A DNA stretch of 64,000 bases from Octopus sinensis (taxonomy: Eukaryota): positions 30,814,001 through 30,878,000 of the forward strand of contig NC_043016.1 in assembly GCF_006345805.1 (NCBI RefSeq), read 5' to 3'. The notes beneath the pieces were generated by a model. That model did not search any database, was not told the origin of the DNA, and saw nothing but the letters and a program-made list of their open reading frames with translations. Shown here piece after piece: positions 48,759-63,941 of the stretch (the stretch's first letter is position 1; every line of letters starts with the position of its first letter). The position numbers and the translations under genes are program-made.

Positions 48759-48976
48759 TTATGTGCCACCGACACAGACGCCAGACGAGGCTGGCAGACG
48801 GCCATGCTCAGATGGTGTTTTTTATGTGCCACCGACACAGGTGCCAGACGAGGCTGGCAGACAGCCACGCTCGGATGGTGTTTTTTATGTGCCACCGACA
48901 CAGGTGCCAGACGAGGCTGGCAGACGGCCACGCTCGGATGGTGTTTTTTATGTGCCACCGACACAGGTGCCAGACG
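48759..48976. repeat. 63-bp minisatellite (~3.4 copies) inside a family D copy
   Basis: Unit atgtgccaccgacacaggtgccagacgaggctggcagac...ggatggtgtttttt; 21-aa periodicity in ORF track. Confidence 0.9.
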
Positions 48977-49127
48977 ATATATATATATCACCTTGATCAC
49001 CTTGACCGACCAGTCCGTCAGGCATCCATTTGACACCGCTGGTCACAGCACACTGTCCACTCCTCTCTTAATTTAAATATCGATCTTATCAAGTGGCCAG
49101 CATGGGAATAAAAACCTTCAAAGGTAA

Positions 49128-49248
49128 TAATTATTATTAAATTATAATTTAGGGTATCTACGAGATACTGCCACGCTGGAAATAGCAGCCAAAACCTGAC
49201 TCTAAAACCACATTAAATGTTCATACAGCACCGGGAGAGAAGACAATG

Positions 49249-49327
<79 letters not shown>

Positions 49328-49580
49328 GTGTGTATATATATGTGTATTTATGTTACTTTCTGCATATATTCCACTGAAGAGGCAAAGCATTTCTTATGCA
49401 AAGTCAGAAATCCGGGATCTGGAAATATCCAGTAATTTTTGGCTAGTTTATTTTGTCTTTTTGTCTTCTCTCCTGGTGCTGTATGAACATTTAATGTGGT
49501 TTTAGAGTTAAGTTTTGGCTGCTATTTCCAGTGTGGCAGTATCTCGTAGACACCCTAAATTATAATTTTAATAATAATTA
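49128..49580. repeat. ~120-bp inverted repeat arms around a (TA)n(TG)n-containing spacer
   Basis: ...agggtatctacgagatactgccacgctggaaatagcagccaaaac... and its reverse complement at ~49453-49580. Confidence 0.85.
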
Positions 49581-51009
49581 TATATATATATATGGCGGTG
49601 CCCCAGCATGGCCACAGCTCATTAGCTGAAACTAGAAAAATCAAAAATCAAAATCAAAATCATATATATATATATATATATACATGAGAGAGAGAGAGAC
49701 ATATAAGTATATATAAGTGCATGTTTCTATGTGAGTGAGACAGAAAGGATGATAAAGAGAGACATTTCCATCAGTAATATTCAGTTGTAGTGAATTTATT
49801 TTCTGCATATTATTTTCTTATTTATTGATGTTTTATATCTTATGTTCACATATGGTTTCATCCTTCAAAATTTTTTATGCTTTTTGCAAAGGAAAAAAGG
49901 AAAATTGGCCTCACCTAACGTGACATAACATTTATGAAACTAAATAGCGCTGTATGTTTATAGGTCCTGCTCTGACGGAGAAGGCTTGTTCTGATAGAGA
50001 AGTGTTTTTCTTAGTCCACACACTGTACATTGATGTTCCTTTATATCAAAGGCTGTTAGGGTGTGGTTTATGAGCTTCTCTTCAGGCATCTGCTTTAGCA
50101 GTTTAAGATACAAATTCCTTTAAGCACCTAATGCTGACTTCCTTCCATGCAGTCCTTGCTTGTACAATAGCTTCCCATAAGTTTAGGTTCATTTTACAGT
50201 CTTGGGTGCACTTTACAGTTACACCTTCCATTTGTAAGCTCAAAAGCTTACTTTTGTCTTTGTATAGTCAGATATTCCGACAACTTGTCCAGCCTAACAC
50301 TGCTGGATTTGCTTCATTTTACTAGACAAACTGGGGGATATTGTCACACCCAAGAATCTCTTTACTGGAAATTTTATTCTGCCTTCTTTTGCTTAGAATC
50401 TTCCTGAAGTAAGATATGCGGAAATAATTCCACTTTATAGCATAAAGTTGATACACTGTTCAAGTTTCTACACCACAGGAGAGAGATAGAAAGATGACAG
50501 CACAATAAATTTTTAAATTGGTAGCTAGGTGAATGCCTGAGTTATAATGGCAGTAAAAATGGCAGAGAGAGGTGGCAGTACATGTGCAAACCAAAGGCTG
50601 AAGTGTATCTATGAATAACTTTATGCCAATCAGCTGGCTAACTCTTCTCCAGACATGCTCTAGAAAATTGGTGTATCACAACAGTACTAATGAAGATGTG
50701 AGTGTGATGCTTCACTGTGGGCCTCACTTGAACCTTTTAATACTTCAGTAATTGTTGGCAGCTGATGTAACTTCTGGCCATGAAGAAAGGAGCAGTCACT
50801 GTAATGCAGTCCTAGTTATGGACCCCAATTTGGGAACCACTAAGCAACTTCTCTACTCCCAGCTAAAAGAAAGAAAACAAAGAAGTGGAGAGCAAAAGGA
50901 AAAATTCAAAGATCCCTTGAAAGCCAACAGAAATGTGATACTGACACTGAGAACTGGGAGAAAAATACTTAGGATCAAGAATGCTAGAGATCCATGATCA
51001 TAGAGGGAT

Positions 51010-51470
51010 GAGTCCAGAAGCTGGCTACCTGCATGGTTCACGGTCTCAAGAATTTGTCTTATGAAGAAAGGCTAAAGACGCTCGACCTTTATTCTCTAGA
51101 AAAACGCCGCCGCCGTGGTGATCTCATTCTCGCTCACAACATCATAAGCGGAAAGTGTAACCTCTCGAAAGAGCTGTTCTTCACTCCTGCTCCAGAGCGT
51201 CGGCTGCGGGGTCATTCCGAAAAGCTCTACCTGCGACGATTTCATCTCAATCGAAGGAGAGGGGCTTTCTTCGTCCGGGTTGCGGATCTGTCAAACAAGC
51301 TGCCAGACGAGATGGTGAAGATGCCGACGACCGCTTTGTTCAAAGTCTCCCTTGACCTCAAGTGGCCTGAACTCTTTACATGAACACCACCCTGTACATA
51401 ACTCCATGTCCCCCTACATGGCCTTGCTTTTTGCTTTTTGAGCCAAAAAATTAACTAACTAACTAACTAA
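51010..51470 (+). mobile_element. 5'-truncated CR1-clade LINE: ORF2 C-terminus, short 3' UTR, (AACT)n tail
   Basis: VQKLAT..HGLKNLSYEERLKTLDLYSLEKRRRRGDLI..LRGHSEKL motifs; ORF open 51012-51383; CpGs retained. Confidence 0.92.
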
Positions 51471-53399
51471 CAACTTTTGAGACCAGTAGGACTGCCAAGC
51501 AAGAAGGGCTGAGGGAATGCAGAGAAGTTGAACCAAGAAGGGACCATCCATCCATAACCACCTGTCCCACTTGTGAAAAGAGTTTCCTGTACTCATAAGT
51601 CACCACAAGATCCATCAATGATATAAAAAAGACCATCATCCTTGACTTCAAGGGATAGCCACAATGATATATATATAGAAATCATCATCATCATCATCAT
51701 CATCGTTTAATGTCAGTCTTCCATGCTAGCATGTGTGGGGCGGTACCACAAGAGGCGGCCAGGCTGAAGCCTGCACCAGGCTTCTGTGTTTGTTTTGGCA
51801 GGATTTTTACAGCTGGATGCCCTTCCTGACATCAACCACACAGCAGAGTAGGCTTAGTGCTTTTTACATGGTACAAGTACAGGCAAGGTCAGTTTTGGCA
51901 AGGTTTTTACAGCTGGATGCACTTCTAAACACCAACCACTTTACAGTGTAGACTGGGTGCTTTTAAGTGGCACCTGCACTACAAAGGTCACCAAGTACTG
52001 GCAAGACAAAAAAAAATTTCTAAGAGGCATTGAAGGAGGTGATCATGAATATATATAAATTAATCAAAATGTACAGTATTATAGATTCATTACAGCCATT
52101 TGTACTAAGTAGTTTCACACTAGATATTAGGTAATTGGACAATTATCTAATAACTATGCTTGTCAGAGATGGAAGGTATGGGAAAAAAAGACTGCACTTT
52201 GTTACTGGAGGTGAGAAAGTATTACATTAGGTTTAGGGGTGCTCTAAAAAAGAATTTGTGGGAGACAATTAAGAGAGTTTCATCAAGAGTTATATCCCTT
52301 ACTTCTCAAAGGCCTGATTGAGCTACCTAAGGTACTTTGGGGTTGATATGAATGTATGGCAAGTCTTTTATTGGTGGGAGATTGGGCAGATGCCAAAACC
52401 TTTGGTCTTGTGTGTGGGTGCATATGTGTCTGTAAGCATATGGTTTGGTCAAAATTTTGCAGAGCTCTCAGATTGTCATGGTGAAAGGACCAACAGTGGA
52501 GGCCCTAGCATATATAATCATTGTGGAGTCTATAGTTAAGCAATTGCTACCTTGTCATCTGTAGGCACAAGTGGAAAATTTCACTCCTGCAGTTTAAGTA
52601 GGTGCCCTGCTGAAAAGAGTTTTTAACATAATTCTTTTCTTGGCTTAGCATAGCCTGCACTTTCTGCTACTGTTAAAACTGTTAAAATAATACTGTACCT
52701 CTCCAGGATTCTCCACTTGATATTGTAATCCATGGAGCTTTTATTCAGTAACCATACATGCCTGGTGAAGGCTGTGACATTGTCTCCCCTAAATATTATA
52801 GGAGGACTTATGGTTGTTAATTCTGGTTCTGACAGGCCCTTCTGTCATATCCACAAAATACTACACATTTAACTCTTCACTGGGATCCATCACCTCTGTC
52901 TCATTTATGATGATTTCTGTGTTGCATTGGCCTTTAAGGGACATATGATATTTCCTCTGCATGTGCATCCTGTGTCTGTCTCAGGTGTGGGCCTACGTAC
53001 CACTATTTTCTTTAAACTGGATGCACAACTAAAATTCTGTCTATTAAATACTTTATGGAACTTATTTGTATGAGAACAATATTTATGCACTATGTTAGGG
53101 TGAAGTGTACTGTGAACCAGAACACTTCCTGAAAACTTTGTGTGTGAGTAAGATCTTCTGTAGGTTTGTGGATAAACACTTTATAAGTATATATTTTCAT
53201 TGGCATTAGGAAGGGCACCCAGCTATAGAAGCCATGCCCAAAACAGACAAAGGGAGCCTGGAAAGCCCTTCAGCTGGCCAGCTCTTGTCAAACATATGCC
53301 AGATTGGAAAATGGCTCCCATGCCAGTGGCACATAAAAAGCACCATTCAAGCATGGTCGATGCCAGTGTCACCTGACTGACCACCCACCCACCCATGCT

Positions 53400-53939
53400 G
53401 GTAGCACGTAAAAAGCAACGACCACGCTCAAATGGTGTTTTTACATGCCACCTGCACAGGAGCCAGTTCAGCAACACTGGCAAAGACCTCGCTCAAATGT
53501 TTTTCACATGCCACCAGCACAAGTGCCAGTAAGGTGATGCTGGTAACAATCACGTTCAAATGGGGTTTTTTTACATGCCACCGGCACAGGAGCCAGTCAG
53601 CGGCCCTAGCAACAATCATGCTCAGATGGTGCTCTTAGCGCTCCACTGGCATGGATGCCAGTCATGCAGTGCTATCATCAAATTTGATTTCAATTTCACT
53701 TGTCTCAACAGGTCTTTGCAAGCAGAATTTAGTGTCCAATGAAGGAAGGGTACACATAAATGGGCTGGTTACACCACTGGTATAGGTCACAGGTTATGGT
53801 CTCCCTTGGCTTGCCGGGTCTTCTCAAGCACAGCATATTTCCAAAGGTCTCTGTCACTAGTCATTGCCTTGGTGAGGCCTAATTTTCGGAGTTCATGCTT
53901 CATCACTTCATCCCAGGTCTTCCTGGGTCTACCACTGCC

Positions 53940-53940
<1 letters not shown>
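53400..53940 (-). mobile_element. RTE ORF2 end (GRPRKTWDEV...KTRQAK) plus 3' UTR with minisatellite subunits; abuts an oppositely oriented family D piece (53200-53400)
   Basis: Translation in ORF 53787..54002; subunits match the 2760-3300 array. Confidence 0.8.
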
Positions 53941-53986
<46 letters not shown>

Positions 53987-54222
53987 ATACACACACACAC
54001 ACATCTATACATATATAAGTTAATACATAAAGATATTATTAATAAATAATGATAATATAAGTGTCTAACACGCATAAAAATAACCATAAAGGTAAAATTA
54101 TTAATTTATAATCAATGGTACCAGATAATACCAACATTGCTAGACATAAGAGTTAAAACAACTCAAAACCACTGTTGTCACTTATACACACTGGTGAACT
54201 CATGGAAATGTGTATGTATGTG

Positions 54223-54369
54223 TATAAAATCAAATGAATAATAACAGATAATGGATAATAGTCTAGTCATTACGGCTGTTTCTTATGCATTTTTATTTTT
54301 AAAATGCTTTAGAAACAGCTGTAACGAACCGACGATTATCCATCATCTGTTACTATTCATTTGATTATA
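54223..54369. repeat. Imperfect ~150-bp palindrome with outward-facing GAAAC-AGCT/AGCC-GTA half-hammerhead motifs
   Basis: gaaacagctgta at 54312-54323 (+); tacggctgtttc at 54271-54282 (-); roughly 80% arm identity by eye. Confidence 0.75.
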
Positions 54370-54884
54370 ACTCAGCAAGGGGATTTACAACTTGTTGGAC
54401 ACCCTAGAGGATACCAACAATGAACAATTCAATGTAACACATGCTTTGGACCAGCCCCTAGGTGCTAAATACTCATAGGGTGGGTTTTCTCAGTGTACAC
54501 AACCGGAATATCCTATTTGATACTTATCAACCATAGACCGGAACCAGAGATTTATCCAACTCTACCTGGTGCATATCTTTTCAAGTACCCGATTCTAATA
54601 TATATCTGCGGCTTCCATGCCGGTGGCACGTAAAAAACGCCATTTGAGCATGGTCGTTGCCAGTATCATCTGACTGGCCTTTATTCCGGTGGCACATAAA
54701 AGCACCCACTACACCCTCGGAGTGGTTGGCATTAGGAAGGGCATCCAGCTGTAGAAACTCTGCCAGATCAAGATTGGAGCCTGGTGCAGCCATCTGGTTC
54801 ACCAGTCCTCAGTCAAATTGTCCAACACATGCCAGCATGGAAAGCAGACATTAAATGAGGGTGATGATGATGATGATGATGATG

Positions 54885-54916
<32 letters not shown>

Positions 54917-55593
54917 ATACATATATACATACATGTGTATGTGTACATGTGTATATAAATATGTAGATGTATATATATACCATACTAAAATTTGCTGTGG
55001 AGAATATCCATAGGTTTTTAGCACTGCAGTATTCATAAATTAATTAATTTACTTGGTACACAGAACAGTAGCATATGTTTCTCTTTTTATAAATAACCTC
55101 CACATGGATCAGAAAAGGGGGATTGACTGAATACTACCATTACTCCACATTTTTCTACCACCATAGAACTGTATTTAAAGCCATTGTTTCAAATATAATA
55201 CACACACACATGTATGCATATACATACACACTCACATATAATATAGACTGTTAAAGATGATACATTGAAAAAGTTTCGTATGTAATTAAAAAAAAAAACT
55301 AAACAATCTTCAGATGTTAAATAAAACATGCTTTCTGCAGCATCAAGAACATATATGCAAAAGATTCTTGTCTGTACTTCATCAAATTTTTTAGTAGGAG
55401 CATAATTCATTTCATATTAATGCTTAGATGAGTTAAGTCTAATATTGCAAGAACTTTGCAAACTTATTGGTTAAATATTTCTCTATTAACTGCCATTACT
55501 GGAAAAACTATTCAGTAGAAATAATCTTGAATTGAAATATACTTGCACTATTAGTACTTAAATATGCTATTGAAATTAACTGTACCTGCTGAA

Positions 55594-55637
<44 letters not shown>

Positions 55638-55829
55638 TTTATATGTCATATAATGCTGAAACAGTTATGTCAAGCAGAAGTCACCTTTGAACTTTAACAT
55701 AGTATATATTAAAGTTCATAGGCATGGTGGAAAGTAAATCTATACAAAAAGTGATGTACTCACTTTATCTAATAAATTTACACTTCAATATTTTAACCCA
55801 TTGTCTCTTACAAAACTGTAAAGATCAGA

Positions 55830-55944
<115 letters not shown>

Positions 55945-56541
55945 TACCCAGTAATTCACTTCTTGAACTCCCTATGCCTTTTGCAACTCTACATTTCTAA
56001 AAAAAAATTCCCATACTATTTTAATTACATCTTCCTTTTGTTTTTCTTCATTTATGTTTTTAGTCATTTTTTTTAAAGTTTTGTTATACTTTATATCTTA
56101 TATCTCCATATTCCCAACAGAAATAATTCCAGCTGACTAATATTCATATGTAATAAGTTAGGATCCTTACAACTTTCTCGACTTTGCAGTCAAGACTGGA
56201 AGGTTTTGCATATTGGTTATTCTAGAAATGGTTTTGTTTCATTGTCTGAAGATTGCTTAGTTTCTATCTAAGTATGAAACTCAAAACTATGCTATATTAT
56301 CTTTAATGTACTATATTAATATATTTCACTCTACACTACATCTGGTTTACTCTGTTTTCATTTGTGTGAATACCTACATTCATTCATACCTATGGTCATA
56401 CATATATGTATGCACACACACATACATATATATATATATATTTTATATATATATATATTTTATATATTATATATATAATTCCTAAAGCATTTTATATTTG
56501 ACAGTTGTCAAATTTAAGTAATTGGACAAACTCTTGAAAAC

Positions 56542-56593
<52 letters not shown>

Positions 56594-58082
56594 TCTCTCT
56601 CTCTCACTCACTTCTTATACTCTTTCTCACCATCTTAAACTGTCTCATAATCTTTGCCTCTCTACTTCAGAATGATTGATATCCTGCTGGTGTAGTTTTT
56701 ATTGTTATTTTTGTTTTTATTTATTTTTCTAATTATATATTTTACATGCATTGTTTTTTTTTTGTGTTTTTTTTTTTTTTGAGTACTTCGTATTTTGTTT
56801 GATTGTTTTGCTGTGTTTTTTTTTTGTTTTTTTTTATTTTACCTGTTTGCTTTGTTGCTTTAGATTTGCCACTTATGCAGATTTATTTTTCCTTAATATT
56901 TGTTTGCATGGAAATTTCATTGCATAAATTCCAAAGCTACTAACTGAAAATTAACCCCAAAATACCATATGCAACATAATCAATTTGTCTCAGTTCATTA
57001 AGTTTTGTTGAAATATGGTAAATTTTGTTAGTGTGCTTTTATTTTTCATTCTTTATTCTTTTTAAAATTAGATGATTTAATTTCCTCTCAGAGAGGTCCT
57101 TTACCATCAAATAATAATACAACTCATTAAATGGTACTTACCATACATTAAACACTGCATAAGTTCATATACATTGTTCTAGCTTAGCCAAAAAACATAC
57201 ACTTAACTATCAAAATGATGCAATATAATTAAAAGTAATAACATTTTTCTCTACTGGCATGGATTGGGGTATTTTTGTCTTTTTTTAGATTCATAAAATA
57301 TTTGCAATTCCTTATTTTTAGTATTTGACTCTGTTACCATCTACCATTGTTTCAGATATTGAGAATAAAAGCTATTCTCATGAGAACTAGACTAAGGCAA
57401 GAAACAAGCAGAATCATGTACATTTTATCCTTGAACATAATACAATGTTTGCAGCAGTGAGATTTGAATGCTTAACTTTAGGAGTAGTCTTATAACCCTT
57501 TTAATCTGTCAGCATATCTGTGTATTGTTTTTTTTGTTTTTTCCGCAACAATAAATAATATAGATTATTAAGCTGGGAACAACAAAAACTGCAAACATTA
57601 ATTATTTATTTTTATTAACAGAACGTTTATTGAGCAGGGAAGAAAGTATTGCTTCAATAAATTTGTATATTGCAGACTGGACAAATATAAGATATCTCAG
57701 CATGTTTAGTTGAGCAATTTTCTCCTATATAACTATTTCATTTGTATTCTGCTGTAATGTCCTAAAATCCTATACTGAACTCATTTATTTTTCACAATAA
57801 AGAGTATTAAAATATTTTGTTCAGGGAGATTTGTTAGCTAGTGTACTTCTTATTAAAAATTACATATTTTAATAAGAAAATTTTTATAAAATGCCGGTAA
57901 TGAATTAAGAATAAATATTCTTTGCTTTTGAGTAATAACTTGTTTACTCAGATTTTCATTATTAAACGGTACTCAGTCCTAATGACTTGAGGCAAACATG
58001 AGCAGTGATGGTTTCCATTCATTTCCTAAGACCAGTTTAAGTGCAGTATAAAAGCAACAACAACAACAATAACAACAATAAC

Positions 58083-58132
<50 letters not shown>

Positions 58133-58933
58133 TAATAAATGCAGCATAAATCCCCAGAACAGAGAACTGAAAAACAGCCTTCAATAAATTAATATAGAAT
58201 TTAAACTGGCTATACCAGGCCCAAATATTCTACCTGTTTTATATAAAAGGTGGCCTACAATAGCATCCTAAAAATGAACAATGGAAATTGTTGAAGCTAC
58301 AAGATAATGTAGAAATATTATAGCTACAAGATAATGCATAGTTAATTCAAAACAAAGTGAATAAAGAAGCAAAGTAAGGCTAGAAAGTTAAGCCTGTAAA
58401 TGAAGGAACATCAAAACTGTAACACTACAAACCCCTGAGTTATTTAGCCCCTATTCCAAAATTGATGAAGACTATTAAGATCAAAACATTTATACAGTTA
58501 TAACCATCCTTTTTTTATTTTTCTTTGTTTCTTTATTTTTTGTGCCAGACATGCACCCTCTGTCTAGGACAATTGTCCAGTATAGCCTTTCTTTCTCTTA
58601 AGATGTTATAGTATTATTATTGAATATGTGACTGCTATTTCTAGTCGACCAAGCAACCTTATAGAAGTTTCTATTGGCAACACAGTTAACTGGAACTGAG
58701 AAGGCATTTATAGGTTATAGCCCTTGAATTATATAATGCTCATCTTATCAGTTGTTGTAAAAATAATCTACAAAGTTAATGATATCCAGCAAATAAAATC
58801 CCTATGGTTACTATAGTTACTAAGCCAGTTCTAAAATTAGCATTCACGTAATCTAACTATTTAAATGTCTGCTAATTAATTTTCTGTATGGTTATGTACA
58901 TTAAAAGAACTGTTGTTGTAGTTGATGTTGTAA

Positions 58934-58988
<55 letters not shown>

Positions 58989-59191
58989 GACTACTAATTT
59001 TACTTCTGTTCATGGGTACCATGTTTGCATTATCAATAATTTTTGTTCTGAACTGCAGTATGAAATTGTGTGTACATATGCAAATACATGTATCTTGCAT
59101 ATGCATGAAAGCAATATTTTGTGTCCATATGTATACAGATGCATATATATACAGACATAGATATATATATATATATATTATATATATATAT

Positions 59192-59247
<56 letters not shown>

Positions 59248-59255
59248 ATATATAT

Positions 59256-59292
<37 letters not shown>

Positions 59293-59487
59293 CATATATG
59301 TATAATATATATAACGGGAAGCTTTATGAAAATAGACAAAAGACGAAGGCAGGTGGAATACAAACAACAATTGTATTAGTATGGCGCTCAGGAATATAAA
59401 TAAAAAAACACTTAATATGTTACTATTTATTTTAACCATCATGATTCAAGCTAAGCTACAGCACTACATTTATAATATATATCTATC

Positions 59488-59530
<43 letters not shown>

Positions 59531-59954
59531 GAAGGTTTGAAAATGTGGTATCTTACAACTTTGTTATATATATATATATATATATACATACATATATTTT
59601 GAATTACAGGTACGACTCATTTTTACCAGCTGAGTGGACTGGAACAAAGTGAGAGTAAAGTGTCTTGCTCAAGAACAGTGCACCACCAGGAATCAAACTC
59701 ATGATGTTATCATAGGCTGAATACCCTGTGTGTGTGTGAGAGAGAGAGAGAAAACTAGAAAACTAGAAAACTCCAAAACTCCAACAAGGGAAGCATACAT
59801 ATAAATGGCTGCAAAATATGTGTAAACATGTGGTGCCCCAGCATGGCCGCGGCCTTCAGGCTAAAACATTTTTAAGGATTTAAGGATACTGCATACATAC
59901 ATATATATATAAATTTTCAAGACTCAAAAGAATTGGGTATTTAAGAAGAAAGGG

Positions 59955-60054
59955 NNNNNNNNNNNNNNNNNNNNNNNNNNNNNNNNNNNNNNNNNNNNNN
60001 NNNNNNNNNNNNNNNNNNNNNNNNNNNNNNNNNNNNNNNNNNNNNNNNNNNNNN
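59955..60054. other. Assembly gap (100 N)
   Basis: Run of N; a round 100 usually marks unknown size. Confidence 0.99.
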
Positions 60055-60328
60055 ACTTTCACAAACTTTGTAGACGTTTGCATAAATGAGAGAAATCACC
60101 CAGTTTCTTTAACAATTTTATTATTTATCTTAAAGTGACACAGTTGTCTCAAAGAAAAGTAGCAAATTGTAGGAAAATAGTTAATTTAGTATTCATAAAA
60201 AGAATTGATGCTGAAAGCAGAATTTTTTTTTTTTGTTTGTTTTTTTACCACTTATGATGTATAACTGCTGATCAGCCATCAAAAATATTTGATTTTCTTA
60301 ATACTGTTTCATTTTTCTATTTGTCCAG

Positions 60329-60661
60329 CAAACCTTCAAAAGTAGCGATGAATTTGGTCAACCAATAGAAAACAATGTATCTAATGCAGTCACTGATGAT
60401 GATTCCATGAAAACCCATGATGACAATATTGTGGCAACATTGCCTGCTGTATCATCAGAGCCTTCTGTAGAACCAAAGAAAGAAGAGGTGGAGGGAGAGA
60501 AAGAAAGAGTAATGGAAAAGGGGGAAGAGCATGAGGAGGAGAAACCAGAGGAGGGAGCTGAGATGAAAAAGCCAGCTGATGATGGAGAACAAGACGTTAA
60601 AAAAGAAGAGGTAAAAGATGAAAATGTTGAAGATAACACTGAAATGGATATACTCCTGTAG
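60329..60661 (+). CDS. FCHSD2: Glu/Lys-rich terminal exon, phase 0, QTFKSSDEFGQ...EDNTEMDILL*
   Basis: tttttctatttgtccag acceptor; 333 nt ORF ending TAG; phase fits 43255 donor; long UTR-like sequence follows; upstream gap adds uncertainty. Confidence 0.75.
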   Translation, partial: QTFKSSDEFGQPIENNVSNAVTDDDSMKTHDDNIVATLPAVSSEPSVEPKKEEVEGEKERVMEKGEEHEEEKPEEGAEMKKPADDGEQDVKKEEVKDENVEDNTEMDILL

Positions 60662-61100
60662 AAATATGAGAAAGAGTAGTTGTTTGGTGCAGGTACCAGG
60701 AGCTGGAATGGTACTTGTTTCTGACATGCCTCCTTTCCTTTACACAGTAATAAAAAAAAAAAGATGAAGGTCCAGTGTACAACAAACAAAGATGTACAAA
60801 AGAAAGAACTGATCAACATAATGAACCTATAAAAATTGTTATAAAATTAACTTAATATTTCTCTTCCTGCTATCCACATCTCAGTTTGCCTCACATATAT
60901 ATTTCCACTATCACTACAAACCCCGAAAATATTAAAAAAAAAAACTTAATTCATTTTGTACTTATTATTGTACAATTTGATTTGTAGATCTTGGATGAGA
61001 CGGAAGTAATATAACAATTAGCAAATTGATTAACAAGAAGAAAAAATATTTTAAAAATCTGATTTGGTGGCCATAAGTTAATTTTAGTAAATAATTGGAT

Positions 61101-61145
<45 letters not shown>

Positions 61146-61289
61146 AGATATATATATAATACATATATATACCATAACATAAATATAATATCCTTATTAT
61201 ATAGTAGTTATATATATATATTAATATATATATATATATATATATACCACACACACACATACACACACAACACACACACACACACACAC

Positions 61290-61375
<86 letters not shown>

Positions 61376-62439
61376 TAAATATTCTAAGTAAGATATCAGT
61401 GTGAAAGTTTGTAAATTTGTTTGGTATCAAAATGTGGACTACCATTAAAATGTGTAGAATTATAGATTTCAGTACTCTCATAGTCTTTGAAGTAGTGTTC
61501 CTCTTCTAGCACTGTATGTTGAAATTATATAGAAGCATCTTCAAAATATTTGCAAAATGTAAATTATGAATTTTTCTTTCAACAAAAAAACAACAATAAT
61601 AGTCATATCTAACAAAAATAATAGAATTAAATTTAGAGCATTTCTTATGTTGTTTACAATTTACAAGTTGCTTCAAACCAATTGTTCTACTAGATATTTC
61701 ATTGGTGTTTTAAACAAAAAGTGAATTCATGAGTAAATGTTGATAATTGTAAAGAGGGAGTAATTGATTTTCTTATAAAAAAAATGTAGTTATGTTTATT
61801 GTCAATATAAAAGATTTCTCACTCAGAGGTACCAAAATCTTACAAGTAAAGAATGTACAATGTATCTAAATCAGATATGTACATGTATTACTCTATCTGT
61901 TTGTCAAGAAAAGCTAGTGAATGTGTTTTGTGTGTATAGTAAATATTTCTATTTTCATTGAAGTTTGATGTGATATTGTAATGTGTGTAAATTATTTTAA
62001 AAATGTTTGGAAAAACATTTCATCAATGCAGGTGAGAGTTTGGCAAAATATATCAAGTTATGTCAATGGATGAAAACAAGGAGAACAGGTATTGCATTAA
62101 CTTACATTGGTTTTTTCATGAGCCTGTAGTATTTTGGGAAAGATTCCTTTTTTCAAATACAAGTAAGAAAACCATTAAAAGGGTCAGAGAAATGTGTTCT
62201 TACTGACAAGTCATACTTAATATATGAGAATGGTCTGATGGTAAGTACACATTTCTTTGAAATATTTTTGGTTTCTCTTTGAAAAGGAGAATCTTTCCTG
62301 AAATATAGTATCATTAAATAACCTATAAAAAGTAATACAGTATTTTTTCTCTTTGTTTTCATTCATTGATATCACCTGGAATATTTTACCTAAATTCTCA
62401 TCTGCATGGCTCAAAGGTTTTTTTCTCCAAACATTTATA

Positions 62440-63650
<1,211 letters not shown>

Positions 63651-63888
63651 GTTAAAAATCTATTTGTATATTTCCTTTTTTTTATTATTATTATTATTAT
63701 TTTCATCACATTTTAGATCAATTACTGATGAAATTAACTACAATAAATTTATAAACACATTCATATATTTCTAGAAACAGTTTATTAGATACTTAAAAGA
63801 AATTTGTTAAAAAATGATTTCTTGTGTTTCTAGTCTATGCATCTGTACATTTTATAATAAATTTTTTAATTACACACGGTGTATTTTG

Positions 63889-63941
<53 letters not shown>

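Noticed and set aside
49965-49984. Possible 20-nt exon GPALTEK
   Set aside because: Would need a GC donor with poor consensus (gcttgt).
50752-50997. 81-aa ORF upstream of the CR1 fragment
   Set aside because: No recognisable motif, not in frame with the LINE, no good splice pair.
60358-60819. 153-aa antisense ORF (also 42619..42927 and 42985..43278)
   Set aside because: Shadow frames of low-complexity sense exons.
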